Shown here piece by piece: positions 37,801 through 48,006 of a DNA stretch of 64,000 nucleotides. The stretch spans positions 416,001-480,000 of the forward strand of contig CAVZMI010000023.1 of NCBI GenBank assembly GCA_963776275.1. The letters are read 5' to 3'. The notes below the pieces were generated by a model. The model worked only from the letters and a program-made list of their open reading frames with translations, ran no database searches and had not been told where the DNA came from. How positions within the stretch are numbered: the first letter of the stretch is position 1; every line of letters starts with the position of its first letter. This DNA comes from Ignavibacteriota bacterium. Its GTDB lineage: Bacteria > Bacteroidota > Ignavibacteria > UBA10030 > CAVZMI01. The position numbers and the translations under genes were made by a program.

Positions 37801-38917
37801 GTCTCCCTACTACTGGAAATCGAATCCCGCCGTGAAAAAAACTATTGTGGAATACCGCATCCAACGGTTGAAGGAGGTATACGAAACTTTTCTCTCGGTT
37901 ATTGCCGACTATGCAAAAGACAGAGAGGGATTCTCGACTCTGGTCACGGCTATGGATAGTCATGGATCGCCTGAACTTCGCGAGTATCTCGGCGTCGATA
38001 TAGGCATTATCCTGGAACTTCAGAAGAAATACCATTTTTCATTACAGGTCGAAGACCCGGAATACCTCTGGTCCACTTCACCGCTCCGATATATCGAAAT
38101 AGGAAAACGGTACAAATCGCTTGTCGAAGATTCAACGAAGCTCTACCTAGATCTGAACATCGGACCGTTCCGTAAAAAAGAAGCCGTGATTCCTTTCCCT
38201 ACATTGATCCAGACAGGCACCGAGAGTTTCCTGCTTGTGAAAGCGGCATCACTCGGCGCACAGCGTTCGACAATATATTCCGAAGCAAGCATTAATCCGC
38301 AAGATCTCGGCTTCATGGCCAATGCGTTGGCGGGCGAAGTGCAGTACAAACTGAATAACAACCGTTATGACGTTGAATCGCCATATTCTTTTACTCTCAA
38401 ACTTCCGACATCGATCCAGGAAGTAAGCGTCGACGGGATTCCAGTATCGCCGTTCCGCGACAATGTGTATATCATCCCTGCCGGTCGGCACAAGATTGAT
38501 CTCTCGCCCGAAGCGGTCACCTCATTTTCAACGCACGAGCTTCAGTCACGGATCATGTCGATTTCCGCCAATCTTCTCATTGTATCGTACGGATTACGCG
38601 ACGTTAAATTCACGTATGAATCGGATATGCGGACACTCGCGTCGTTCAACCGTACGCCGACTTCGGTCAGTGTCGATGGAAGGAAATATAATTTCATCGC
38701 TATGAAAGGAAACGACTGTTACACGATCTTTCTCCCTCCGGGAAAGCACTATGTCGAGCTTGTGGCAGGCGATCAATTTTCCTATGGAGTGAATCTGACG
38801 AGTCTCTGGTCATCGACCTTCATCGCCATATTCGGATTCATTGCAGTATCGTTATTAATTGTCATGTACATCTTTTTGAAAGTTATTAAACGTCAAAGCG
38901 AAATCACAAGAGCATAA
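34877..38917 (+). CDS. Membrane-anchored DUF2334 polysaccharide deacetylase / glycoside-hydrolase-like fusion
   Basis: LRIEDV, MHGVTHQ, WETPHY, FFH (CE4-like); later AHANGILVYLW, HPEW, DGVNLAE (TIM-barrel GH-like); signal peptide and C-terminal TM helix; exact start uncertain. Confidence 0.75.
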   Translation: MNYFYYSHNFGYAMAVPSSKTIHYPVYSRVRYLCKTIILIPCIFFCFTSTGRAQDYQTKNVLILVEGNTDLKNRAMGDGRQLAALMGHFNTVTTVKGVNQYTPNELEIYDITFYIGFTATNSVPAKFLNDVFSTSKDIFWINTGFIDFCRRYPVRKKFGFSVANLDSVSVFDEVQVGSKMFGKGEPITAVIEISERNAVSILATAVSSRRHRDTPYLVKSRNLTFIADSPFASASESDRYIYFADLLHDVLQQPHEQSHSALLRIEDVTPLDNPDRLRDIADFLSGRDIPFLVGVIPFYVDPSAGIRVSLSDKPDMVDALKYMVKNGGTIVMHGVTHQYKGTTAVDFEFWDEMTNKPIKDETPEYIAHKLETGIQEFMRNGLNPLIWETPHYTASFTLYSTVAKYFSTACEQRLSIEDFDYSQQFPYVIQKDLFGQRIYPENLGYVPLDSNKDVSRGYVETIIKNAKINLAVRDGFATAFFHSFLDIDLLEELVNGIQKAGYTYIDLSEHVNWVKTKDRIILSGNQDYTLELNDQYLLETYYDHNGEIKDQKISEKRILGKVTKSIILEPGEFYKAEPTEFRERPATIVDNVVHQAEKLYESIFTSEESWSDARVAILWNHFAKGAAFNDQASFAEVFRAVNINVDTIFVGQPIHLSACNLLIVPYAFVDSLKHTDYDILTQFVNQGGDIITDTRNDLAEELGIQFTPTRLRVSHIRDRFFPEERIAWQYPELVTKFETSDIDEVFCSDEVTEAPLVIGKKVGKGRFIFFATRFDSYSQYGTSQYPYLLEYVRKYFHVRPIVRRDLLEVYFDPGFRHTYSIEQLVRQWVNSGIRTVQVAGWHEYPKYTYDYERLIRLAHANGILVYLWIEPPQVSQKFWAEHPEWREKNYKMEDVRPSWRYPVSLTDDKCLAAMVNEYKNLLDQFDWDGVNLAELYFEAAKGFDDAKYFTPMHPSAQKEIKNRYGIDLTAIFNPQSPYYWKSNPAVKKTIVEYRIQRLKEVYETFLSVIADYAKDREGFSTLVTAMDSHGSPELREYLGVDIGIILELQKKYHFSLQVEDPEYLWSTSPLRYIEIGKRYKSLVEDSTKLYLDLNIGPFRKKEAVIPFPTLIQTGTESFLLVKAASLGAQRSTIYSEASINPQDLGFMANALAGEVQYKLNNNRYDVESPYSFTLKLPTSIQEVSVDGIPVSPFRDNVYIIPAGRHKIDLSPEAVTSFSTHELQSRIMSISANLLIVSYGLRDVKFTYESDMRTLASFNRTPTSVSVDGRKYNFIAMKGNDCYTIFLPPGKHYVELVAGDQFSYGVNLTSLWSSTFIAIFGFIAVSLLIVMYIFLKVIKRQSEITRA

Positions 38918-38922
38918 TTTCT

Positions 38923-40198
38923 ATGTCGGTTCTTGAAGTCGATTTAAGTTTCCTGTTCGTTGTTGCAGTCATTCTTATCTGGTTTATGATAGCTTACCAG
39001 TTTATTCTGACTGTCTTTGGATATTTTAACTATCTAAAATCACTAAAAGAAAAATCGGCAATCGATACCGGAGTGATCGAATTTCCGACATGTTCTATTC
39101 TCATTCCTGCACATAACGAAGAAAAGGTGATCGGAGCGACAATCGAATCGATGCTTAAATTGAATTACCCGAAGGATAAGCTCGAGATCATTATTATCAA
39201 CGACGGGTCGAATGATTCCACAAAAGACATCATCAAACGATATGCTGCCCGCGATAGCCGGATCGCCCTTTTTAATGTACCGAAAGGAGAAGGAGGAAAA
39301 GGAAAATCACGAGCCCTCAATCTCGGCATTCAAAAGGCCCACTCGGACGTCATCGCCGTCTTCGACGCCGACAACACACCGGACCCTGAGTCGCTGAAAT
39401 ATCTTGTCGCCAACCTTATTATGAACCCGGAGCTCGGGGCTGTTCTGGGGAAATTCCGCACGGTGAACAAGAACCACAACATGCTCACAAAATTTATCAA
39501 CGTCGAAACGCTCAGTTTCCAATCGATGCTTCAGGCCGGACGGTGGCAGATGCATCATATCTCCACGCTGCCAGGAACAAACTATGTCATATGGAACAGT
39601 CTTATTAAAAAATTGAACGGGTGGGATGAAGAGGCGCTGACCGAGGACTCCGAACTAAGCATCCGCATATATCTTGAAGGATATAAAATCAAATATGTCC
39701 CCTATGCCATAACGTACGAGCAGGAACCGCAGAAATGGAATGTGTGGGTGAAACAGCGGATGCGGTGGGTGCCGGGGAAATAATTATGTTATCTCAAAAT
39801 TTTTTAAGAAAATCCCTCTTCTTAAAAACAAGCGGCTTGCGTTCGATCTTCTCTATACTCTTTTATTATATTACGTTTTCTTTGTTGCGATGATCATTTC
39901 CGATTTCCTTTTCATTATCGGTGCGCTTAACCTTGTCAGCATGGCGCTCCCCGGTCCATATACGGTGGTCTGGATCATGGCCTTTATCCTTTTTCTCTTC
40001 GAAATAATGTTGGCGATCTCCTATGATGACGAAGACAGCGTAAAGAAGATCGGCTTACTGGTTTTGATGTATATATCCTATTGCCAGCTCTGGATGTACA
40101 TCGTTATCAAGGCGATCTATCAGGAGTACATTAAAAAAGAGAAGCGGACATGGACGAAGACGGTGCGATTTGATGTTCCAACGGCCGGTGGTAAGTAG
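38923..40198 (+). CDS. Processive GT2 glycosyltransferase, IcaA/PgaC-like (frameshift near 39772)
   Basis: PAHNEE, NDGS, FDAD, TED, QRMRW motifs; C-terminal TM helices in the next frame. Confidence 0.88.
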
Positions 40199-40230
40199 AA
40201 GGGAAATAACCCACGCCTGTTCAGACAGCA

Positions 40231-40264
40231 AAGGCCCGGGAGAAATTATCTTCCAGGCTTTTTT
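40231..40264 (+). terminator. Intrinsic terminator between convergent operons
   Basis: aaggcccgggaga...tcttccaggctt followed by a T run. Confidence 0.6.
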
Positions 40265-40283
40265 AATTTACTTCCCCTAAAAC

Positions 40284-41531
40284 TCACTCATACCGCAGCG
40301 ATTCGATCGGATCGAGGTTAGCGGCTTTCCATGCGGGGTACGTCCCGAAAACGATACCGACGATTGAACAGACGACAAGACCGATGACGACCCAATCATA
40401 GGGGATGATTGCGGGAACACTCATCAGCAGCGCCACTATGTTGCCGCCAAGCACACCGAGCACGATCCCGATTAGGCCTCCGAACTCGCAGAGGACGACG
40501 GCTTCGATCAGGAACTGAACGAGCACATTATTTTTTCTTGCACCGATCGCTTTTCTGATTCCGATTTCGCGTGTACGCTCGGTGACAGAGACGAGCATGA
40601 TGTTCATGATTCCCACGCCGGCCGCAAGCAGCGCAATAAAACTGATAAAACCGACGCCTATTTTCACATATTTTGTGAAATCGTTGAATTGTTTGATTAC
40701 CGAATCGTTCGAGAAAATTTCGAAATCATCGGCTCTTCCAGGTTCGACCTTCCGCTCCATACGAAGGATACCACGGACCTGTTCCATAGCATCCTCAAAG
40801 GTCTCGCGATCATTAGCCTGAACCATAATGTTGATCGATCGCAGTTTTCCATATCCCAGCATGAATGTTGTGATCGGCATAGCAACAAAATTATCCGAAT
40901 TCCCCCCCATCGAGGAACCCTGCGGTTCAATAACACCGACTACGGTATAGTTATCACCATCGATTTTTATTTCCTCGCCGATCGGGTCACCCTTCAGAAA
41001 GAGTTTTTTCACTACAGCGTCTCCCAGCACTATCACTTTCCGGGAAAGCTCGAGGTCCTGGGGCAATAGGGCGCGTCCGTCTTTTACGATCCAGTTATTC
41101 GTCGGAAACCCGCTTGGATCTTCACCCGCAACTCCGACGTTCGGATTCGTCTCAATATTCTTATATTTAACAATCTTTGCGCCCACCCAGGATTCCAATC
41201 CGACATATTTCGCCATCGTCGCTTTTTCTTTTACTGATAATCCCTGATCATATGTAATATCTTTTCGATTGCGGTATTTAAATCTCTCCATCGGTCCCCC
41301 ACCCATAAAAATCGGATATTTTTGGACCTGGAATGTATTGGCTCCGAGCTGGCTCAATCCGCTTTCAATGGAATTCTGAAGGACACCCATAGCGGTCATG
41401 ACAAGTATGATCGAGAAGACGCCGACGGCAATACCGAGCAGTGTTAGGATCAACCGGAGTTTATTCGTCCGTACGGCCGTAAGGGCCATGATCAGACTCT
41501 CTTTTATCTCGAGAATATAAACACTTGGCAT
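40284..41531 (-). CDS. MacB-type ABC transporter permease
   Basis: GIMNIMLVSVTERTREIGIRKAIGA, PIESLRYE. Confidence 0.93.
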   Translation of the reverse strand: MPSVYILEIKESLIMALTAVRTNKLRLILTLLGIAVGVFSIILVMTAMGVLQNSIESGLSQLGANTFQVQKYPIFMGGGPMERFKYRNRKDITYDQGLSVKEKATMAKYVGLESWVGAKIVKYKNIETNPNVGVAGEDPSGFPTNNWIVKDGRALLPQDLELSRKVIVLGDAVVKKLFLKGDPIGEEIKIDGDNYTVVGVIEPQGSSMGGNSDNFVAMPITTFMLGYGKLRSINIMVQANDRETFEDAMEQVRGILRMERKVEPGRADDFEIFSNDSVIKQFNDFTKYVKIGVGFISFIALLAAGVGIMNIMLVSVTERTREIGIRKAIGARKNNVLVQFLIEAVVLCEFGGLIGIVLGVLGGNIVALLMSVPAIIPYDWVVIGLVVCSIVGIVFGTYPAWKAANLDPIESLRYE

Positions 41532-41558
41532 AAGTTTTTTATTTCACTTTAAAAAACG

Positions 41559-42782
41559 TTATTCATACCGTAGCGCATCGACAGGATCCATCTTTGCCGC
41601 ACGGTAAGCCGGTAAAAATCCGGAGACCACTCCTACAAGCAGAGAAATGACAAGAGCAATAATCACAACAGTAACCGGCATTGCAGTTGGTAGAACCTGG
41701 TCTATGATAAGCGACAGAGGAAAAGCGATGGCTACGCCGATGAGTCCGCCGATGAGACAGATCGTTGCCGACTCCATCAGAAATTGCAGCATGATTGTCC
41801 GTCGCTTGGCGCCGATTGCTTTTCGTATGCCTATTTCTTTGGTCCGTTCCGTCACCGACACATACATAATATTCATAATGCCGATCCCGCCCACAAAAAG
41901 TGAAAGACCGGTGATGAACAACCCGATTCCGGCAATGACGGCGCCGATTTGATCGAATGTCGCTTTAAGTATTTCCTGCTGATTAATGGCGAAATCGTCT
42001 TCCTTCGATGGAGGGACTTTGCGGACTTTTCGCATGATGCCGCGCAACTCTTCCTTCGCATCGTCGAGAAGCGATACATCTTTGACTTTCACACTGATCT
42101 GGATGCCGTGACGACTGCCGAACATCCGCAGCGTTTCCGAGATAGGTATAACGACGCGGTTATCCAGGCTGAAAAGTCCGAGGAAGCTTCCCTGTTTATC
42201 CAGTACACCGACAACTCTGTATCCGTTTCCATTGATGCGGATTGTTTTTCCGATCGGATCTTCACGGGTGAAAAAATTCTCCGAGATATCATAGCCGATT
42301 ACACAGACGGGCCGGCCTCCGTCGACTTCGGCGCTTGTCAAGAAACGACCGGTTAATATCGAGGCACCGGCGGTGACCGGATAATTTTCATTCGACCCTA
42401 TGATAAACACATTCTGGGAACTTAGGTTCCGATATTTAATTGTTCCCAGATCGCCGAAATTCGGCGAAACAGCAGAGGCGAGTGTCGCATTTTTTTCGAC
42501 CGCTCTCGCTTCTTTCATCCAGATTTCTTTTCGATTTCTGTATTTCCACCAATCTTCTCCGTGCATCCACGGCCATTTTTGAACATACAGCACATCGGCA
42601 CCGATGGACGAGATACTATTATTGAATGCGCGATCCAATCCCTCGATTGCGGTCCCCATCAGTGTGACCGAGACGATGCCGATTATGATGCCCAATGTCG
42701 TTAACACCGCCCGCATCCTATTGGCAAGGATGGCTCGAAAGGATATTGCCAATCCCTCCCGAAATTCCTCCAAGAAATACAT
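41559..42782 (-). CDS. MacB-type ABC transporter permease
   Basis: GIMNIMYVSVTERTKEIGIRKAIGA; start re-called at MYFLEE. Confidence 0.93.
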   Translation of the reverse strand: MYFLEEFREGLAISFRAILANRMRAVLTTLGIIIGIVSVTLMGTAIEGLDRAFNNSISSIGADVLYVQKWPWMHGEDWWKYRNRKEIWMKEARAVEKNATLASAVSPNFGDLGTIKYRNLSSQNVFIIGSNENYPVTAGASILTGRFLTSAEVDGGRPVCVIGYDISENFFTREDPIGKTIRINGNGYRVVGVLDKQGSFLGLFSLDNRVVIPISETLRMFGSRHGIQISVKVKDVSLLDDAKEELRGIMRKVRKVPPSKEDDFAINQQEILKATFDQIGAVIAGIGLFITGLSLFVGGIGIMNIMYVSVTERTKEIGIRKAIGAKRRTIMLQFLMESATICLIGGLIGVAIAFPLSLIIDQVLPTAMPVTVVIIALVISLLVGVVSGFLPAYRAAKMDPVDALRYE

Positions 42783-42801
42783 TGATTCCCCGAGATACTG
42801 A

Positions 42802-43554
42802 TTATTTTCCTGCAGTTGATTCTTCTTGCTGTGCAACGACCTCACGGGCATTTACCCGTGCGCTCACAAAATCGTCGCTCTCAATCATTCCGTCACGGAT
42901 ACGTATAATGCGATGAGCATGGCGGGCGACATCCTCTTCGTGCGTCACAAGAATGATAGTATTCCCTTGTTCATGAAGTTCTTCGAGCAACATCATTATT
43001 TCCTGTCCGGTCTTTGTATCAAGGTTTCCGGTCGGTTCATCAGCCAGTATAATCGAAGGATTGTTTACCAGTGCACGGGCGACCGCGACACGCTGGCGTT
43101 GTCCGCCCGAAAGCTCATTCGGCTTATGAAGCATCCTGTCTCCGAGACCGACATGCTGAAGTGCTTCCTCAGCGAGCCGCCGCCGCTGTGTTGCCGGGAT
43201 ACCCGCGTAAATCAGCGGCAGCTCTACATTATGAAATGCATTGGAACGCGCAAGCAGGTTAAATGTCTGAAAAACAAATCCGATTTCTTTATTTCGGATT
43301 TTCGCCAGCTCATTGTCGTTCATCTCGCTGACATTGATCCCGTTAAGCTCATAGAGCCCCGATGTCGGTGTATCGAGACATCCGAGAATGTTCATCAACG
43401 TCGATTTCCCCGATCCCGACGGGCCCATGATAGCGACATATTCGTTTTTTTCTATCTGTAATGAGACGCCGTTGAGTGCGTGAACTACTTCGGCTCCCAT
43501 CTCATAGAATTTCGTAATCTGTTGAATTCTGATTAACATGGACTTCCTGTTCAT
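42802..43554 (-). CDS. ABC transporter ATP-binding protein (MacB/LolD type)
   Basis: [26 protein letters not shown]. Confidence 0.96.
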   Translation of the reverse strand: MNRKSMLIRIQQITKFYEMGAEVVHALNGVSLQIEKNEYVAIMGPSGSGKSTLMNILGCLDTPTSGLYELNGINVSEMNDNELAKIRNKEIGFVFQTFNLLARSNAFHNVELPLIYAGIPATQRRRLAEEALQHVGLGDRMLHKPNELSGGQRQRVAVARALVNNPSIILADEPTGNLDTKTGQEIMMLLEELHEQGNTIILVTHEEDVARHAHRIIRIRDGMIESDDFVSARVNAREVVAQQEESTAGK

Positions 43555-44808
43555 TATTTTGTCGAAGCTGTAAATTTCTTCTGCTGGTTATCGACTTTCA
43601 ATTTTGAACCATCTTCGAGCTCGCGGTTGATAGCTTTGAAGCTTCCGGAGATAACCTCTTCTCCGCCTTTAAGTCCTTCGGTAATCTCGACGTATGTATC
43701 ATCGCTGATGCCGCGTTTGACCTTCGCCATTTTTGCTTTACCGTTATCGTTCAGGAATATCACCTCATCGACTTTTATTTCTTCCTTTTTCTTCCCATTA
43801 TTGATAGTGACGCCTTCGGGTTGTCCTTCTTCCGGTTTCTGTTCCATTTTCGGTGTACGTGTTGTCACACTCTGGATGGGAACAGCCAGAACATCATGGC
43901 GCGTATCGGTTTCAGTATCGGCAGTTACCGACATACCTGGACGTAACTCTATTCCCTTATCAAGAACACGAATCTTTACCTGAAAATTCACGACTTCCTC
44001 CTGCGTTCCGAGTCCTTTCGTCTTTGCCGCATTGCCGATTTCATAAACAATACCGACAAGCTTCTTCCCGGAGTAGGCGTCGACGGAGATACGAGAGGTA
44101 TCTCCGATTTTTACCTGAACGATATCGTTCTCATCAATATCGACCTGGGCTTCCATACTTTTTAAATCCGCGACAGTCATGATCTCCGTCCCCTGCATGA
44201 ACGAACTTCCGCTCGCACGCTCGCCGAGCCTGGAGATAAGGTTGCTTATCGTACCATCAATCGGTGAGTAGATTGTTGTTTTCCGGAGGCTTTCTTCCGC
44301 CTGGTTGAGCGCGGCTTTGGCAGACTCCCATTGCGCTTTCTGGACAGAATAGTTGGTTTTTGCCGTCTCAAGGTGCCTGATCGGATATAAGTTTCTTTTC
44401 AAAAAGTCCCTTCGCTCTGTTATAGTCGGCTTCAGCTTTTATCATGGTCGCTTCGCCGACAACCAGCATTGCTTTTTGCTGATCTCGTTGTGCGATATAA
44501 AAATCTGGTTTTACTTTAACGAGCAGGTCTCCCTTCTTCACCTTCTGTCCTTCTTTAACGGGCAGTGCGATGATTTCACCGGAGACTTCGGCATTTATTT
44601 TCACCTGGAGTTCAGGCTGTATTTTACCGGTTGCTGAAACGATCTGTGTGATCGTTCGTTTTTCGACTTTTTCAGTCTGGACGATAATGACCGTCTCACG
44701 TTTGCTTCCCAACACTACCAGCAATACCAGTGCAAGAACAACCACACCGATGATTGATAAAATAATCACTTTCTTTTTCGATTTGCGGCTTTTTGTACCA
44801 TTAGCCAT
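43554..44808 (-). CDS. MacA-like periplasmic adaptor (frameshift near 44375)
   Basis: [31 protein letters not shown]; two ORFs join. Confidence 0.9.
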
Positions 44809-44835
44809 GACACTCATTACTCCTTTTCTATCGAA

Positions 44836-46176
44836 TTAGTACGGAATTGTTCCCACCGCTAGATCGACATTCTTCTTTGCGGTTATATAATTATAGACAG
44901 CGTTGACTTTATTCGACAATGCTGTTGAATAATTCGCATTCGCAGTCAGGAGATCCAGCAGCGTGCTCGCCCCCAGCCGATATTTCTCCTCCTGAATTTT
45001 TCGATCTTCATCTGCCGAGCGTACATTTTTTTGCGACACATCCACCTGTTTCATAGCGGCATCCAGATCGAGTAATGCTTTTTTAATGTCCACCTGAACC
45101 GACCGCTCTGTCTGCATCATTTGTGCTTCGGCGTTTTTGTATGATACTCGCGCTGTTTGAACCTGGTTATCAGTCTGAAATCCATTGAAGAGCGGAAGCG
45201 AAACATTGATCCCCCACGAGAGTGTACGGTTATCATTGAGTTTATTTATTTCAGACGCGCTTAATCCATATGAAACCGAACCGTTAACGGTGGGAAAGTA
45301 TCCGCTCTGAGCCATTGTAATGCTAGAGCTGGCGGCATTCATTTCTTCAATAGCACCCTTATAGTCGGGGCGAAGTGAGAGCGCCTGCTGAGTAAGCGCT
45401 TGAAAGTCTTTATATTGTGCATTCAATAAAGTAAATTCGGCGGTATCTACTTCTGCTTTTATCGTTGGATCAGAAAATTGATAGTTGTCATTCACATTCA
45501 ATCCGAGAAAAAGAATGATATCGGCTTTTGCCTTTTCAAAATTATTCTGTGCCTGTATCAGCACCAGTTCATCATTTCCGACTTGATATTGCTGGCGATA
45601 TACATCTGCAATCGCTCTTGCGCCAAGACGATTCATCTCGACAATCTGATCGAGCTGGCGTTGACTGCGCTTCCGATTATCTTCACTGACTCCTACAAGA
45701 GCATCATTTCGCAGGACATTAAGATAAAGCGATTGAGCCTGAAAAACCGTACTCTGTCTGACACGATATAAATTTTGCTCGGCGGCAACTGCATTCGATG
45801 TTGCCCGATTTACATTCGAGGTATTTTCAAAACCATTGAAAAGCGTCATATCGGCACTCACTGCCGTCCGAAAGTAATTGCTTGTCGATGTGTTCGGTAA
45901 AGGTACTGCAATGCCATTGAGAAATTGATACTCCGTGCGCGACTGTGATCGACTCCATGAACCATTTGCACCGACCGAGGGGAGAAGTGCCCCATAGGCT
46001 GCCCTTACATTGCTTTCTTGGCCGTCAGCAACATTCTTTTGTTGAATGACACTCAGATTACGTTCAAGTGCTATTTGTACGGCGGCATCAATTGAAACCA
46101 CCCGCGTTGTCTCCTGTGCAAAAGAAAATGATACCACGAAAAACAGTATAAATGTACTGCGAAGCATAGATTTCAT
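44836..46176 (-). CDS. TolC-family outer-membrane efflux protein
   Basis: Signal peptide, two OEP-like repeats, YRLGASTLLDLL; first gene of the ABC/adaptor operon. Confidence 0.9.
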   Translation of the reverse strand: MKSMLRSTFILFFVVSFSFAQETTRVVSIDAAVQIALERNLSVIQQKNVADGQESNVRAAYGALLPSVGANGSWSRSQSRTEYQFLNGIAVPLPNTSTSNYFRTAVSADMTLFNGFENTSNVNRATSNAVAAEQNLYRVRQSTVFQAQSLYLNVLRNDALVGVSEDNRKRSQRQLDQIVEMNRLGARAIADVYRQQYQVGNDELVLIQAQNNFEKAKADIILFLGLNVNDNYQFSDPTIKAEVDTAEFTLLNAQYKDFQALTQQALSLRPDYKGAIEEMNAASSSITMAQSGYFPTVNGSVSYGLSASEINKLNDNRTLSWGINVSLPLFNGFQTDNQVQTARVSYKNAEAQMMQTERSVQVDIKKALLDLDAAMKQVDVSQKNVRSADEDRKIQEEKYRLGASTLLDLLTANANYSTALSNKVNAVYNYITAKKNVDLAVGTIPY

Positions 46177-46233
46177 AAGATTTTTCTCCAGTAGAATGAA
46201 ATTCTTCTATAATTAACGCGGTTATAAGGGAAA

Positions 46234-46249
46234 TGTTTCGCGTAAAACA
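46234..46249. promoter_or_regulatory. parS-like site
   Basis: TGTTTCGCGTAAAACA, 14/16 match to TGTTTCACGTGAAACA, intergenic. Confidence 0.45.
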
Positions 46250-46341
46250 ATAATATACGAAAAATCGTGCTTAAAAACAATGTAACAATTCATCGTCCTA
46301 AACTTATTCCGACGGATAACTCATCATCGATTTATTATCCT

Positions 46342-47796
46342 CTACTTTCCGGAGGAATCGGAGTTGAGAATTGTATCTTTGATTCTCAGTAAAAATTCGA
46401 GAGCGGCATCATGCTCATTGGGAATTATCCCGTCAAGAATCGCATTCTCAATTGCTGTCTTAAGTTTTCCGATAATAGGACCTGGCGCAAGACCGCACAC
46501 CTGCATAATCTCATCGCCTTTCACAGGCGGCTGCCAATTCCTAATCCGATCCTTCTCTTCGACCTCTCTCATCTTCGCATAGACCCGGTCATAGTTGGCG
46601 GTATATTGCGCCACCAGCATCGGATTTTTTGACGTGATATCCGCTTTACAGAGAATCATAAGATCATCGACTTCATTTCCCGCTTCGAAGAGAAGCCGAC
46701 GCACAGCAGAATCCGTCACGCCGTCGTCGACGAGTGCCATCGGACGCAGGTGAAGCCGCACAAGTTTTTCAACGTAGGAAAGCGGTTCGAGCGGTAACCG
46801 CAGACGATGGAAAATTCCCTTTTGCATCCGTGCGCCGATTTCTTCATGTCCATAAAACGACCATCCGATCCCCTCGCGGAACATCTTCGTACGCGGTTTT
46901 GCAATATCATGAACCAAAGCGGCAAATCGGAGCCAGACATTGTCCGTCACGGTACTGATATTATCGACTACCTTGAGCGTATGAAGCAATACATCCTTGT
47001 GATAGTATTTCCGTCCATCGTCGGGGCTCGTACCAATGTCGTCCCGCTGATCCACTCCCGCCATTGTGTCGACCTCGGGAAGAACGATCTTCATCAATCC
47101 GCTCTCGTACATTAATTTGAGACCCAGCGAAGGCCGTTCGCTCTTCATGAGTTTTAAAAATTCGTCGGTGATGCGTTCCTGCGAAACGATTGTAATTCGG
47201 TCTGTCATTCTCGCGATTGCAGCAAAGGTCTCTACGTCAATTGAAAATCCGAGCTGTGCTGCGAACCGGACGGCCCTCATCATCCGGAGTGGGTCGTCAC
47301 CAAAGGTCTGCATTGGTTCGAGTGGAGTGCGGAGTATTTTTCGTTCGATGTCGCTTTTACCGTCAAATGGATCCTCAACCTCGCCATAACGTGATTCATT
47401 AAGCGATGCTGCAAGTGCATTGACTGTGAAATCACGCCGTGCAAGATCATCGGCGAGACTCCCTCCTTCGACATCGGGCTTTCGTGACGATTCACTGTAA
47501 CTCTCTTTCCGTGCACCTACAAATTCTATAATGCGATCGTCCAGCGGCAGCATCGCCGTGCCAAATTTTTCATAGACGATAATGTTTTTACGTTTCAATA
47601 CCGAGGCGACTTTTTTCGCAAAGGCGACCCCATCACCAACTACGACAATATCGATATCTTTGACCTCTCTTCCGAGAAGCAGATCGCGTACATATCCGCC
47701 GACGACAAATGCTTCTACACCCAGCTCGTCGGCAATACCGCCGATGCGTTTGAGAATCGGATCGGAAAGAGATAATATTTCAGGTTTTTCGTTCAT
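46342..47796 (-). CDS. cca: CCA tRNA nucleotidyltransferase with HD domain
   Basis: VGGYVRD, DID, RRDFTVNA, DPLRMMRAVRF, HDIAK. Confidence 0.9.
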   Translation of the reverse strand: MNEKPEILSLSDPILKRIGGIADELGVEAFVVGGYVRDLLLGREVKDIDIVVVGDGVAFAKKVASVLKRKNIIVYEKFGTAMLPLDDRIIEFVGARKESYSESSRKPDVEGGSLADDLARRDFTVNALAASLNESRYGEVEDPFDGKSDIERKILRTPLEPMQTFGDDPLRMMRAVRFAAQLGFSIDVETFAAIARMTDRITIVSQERITDEFLKLMKSERPSLGLKLMYESGLMKIVLPEVDTMAGVDQRDDIGTSPDDGRKYYHKDVLLHTLKVVDNISTVTDNVWLRFAALVHDIAKPRTKMFREGIGWSFYGHEEIGARMQKGIFHRLRLPLEPLSYVEKLVRLHLRPMALVDDGVTDSAVRRLLFEAGNEVDDLMILCKADITSKNPMLVAQYTANYDRVYAKMREVEEKDRIRNWQPPVKGDEIMQVCGLAPGPIIGKLKTAIENAILDGIIPNEHDAALEFLLRIKDTILNSDSSGK

Positions 47797-47805
47797 GATG
47801 CTTCT

Positions 47806-47963
47806 CCCCACGGCTTACGCCGTGGGTTAAGGTCTTGCGCCCTACGGAACTTGTCAGTGATGTAATGCTTTTTTTTCAACAGCCGGGTTACCGAGTAGTC
47901 CTGTTACGCGATAGTGGAACAGGAACGTCCTTTGACTAGCTCAGGACAAGTATCGAGGTAACC
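47806..47963. repeat. REP-like palindrome cluster
   Basis: ccccacggcttacgccgtggg; agccgggttaccgagt...tatcgaggtaacc with two nested hairpins. Confidence 0.7.
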
Positions 47964-48006
47964 ATATTAAAACCGCGAGTACAGAATACTTGGAGAAAAT
48001 ATTTCA

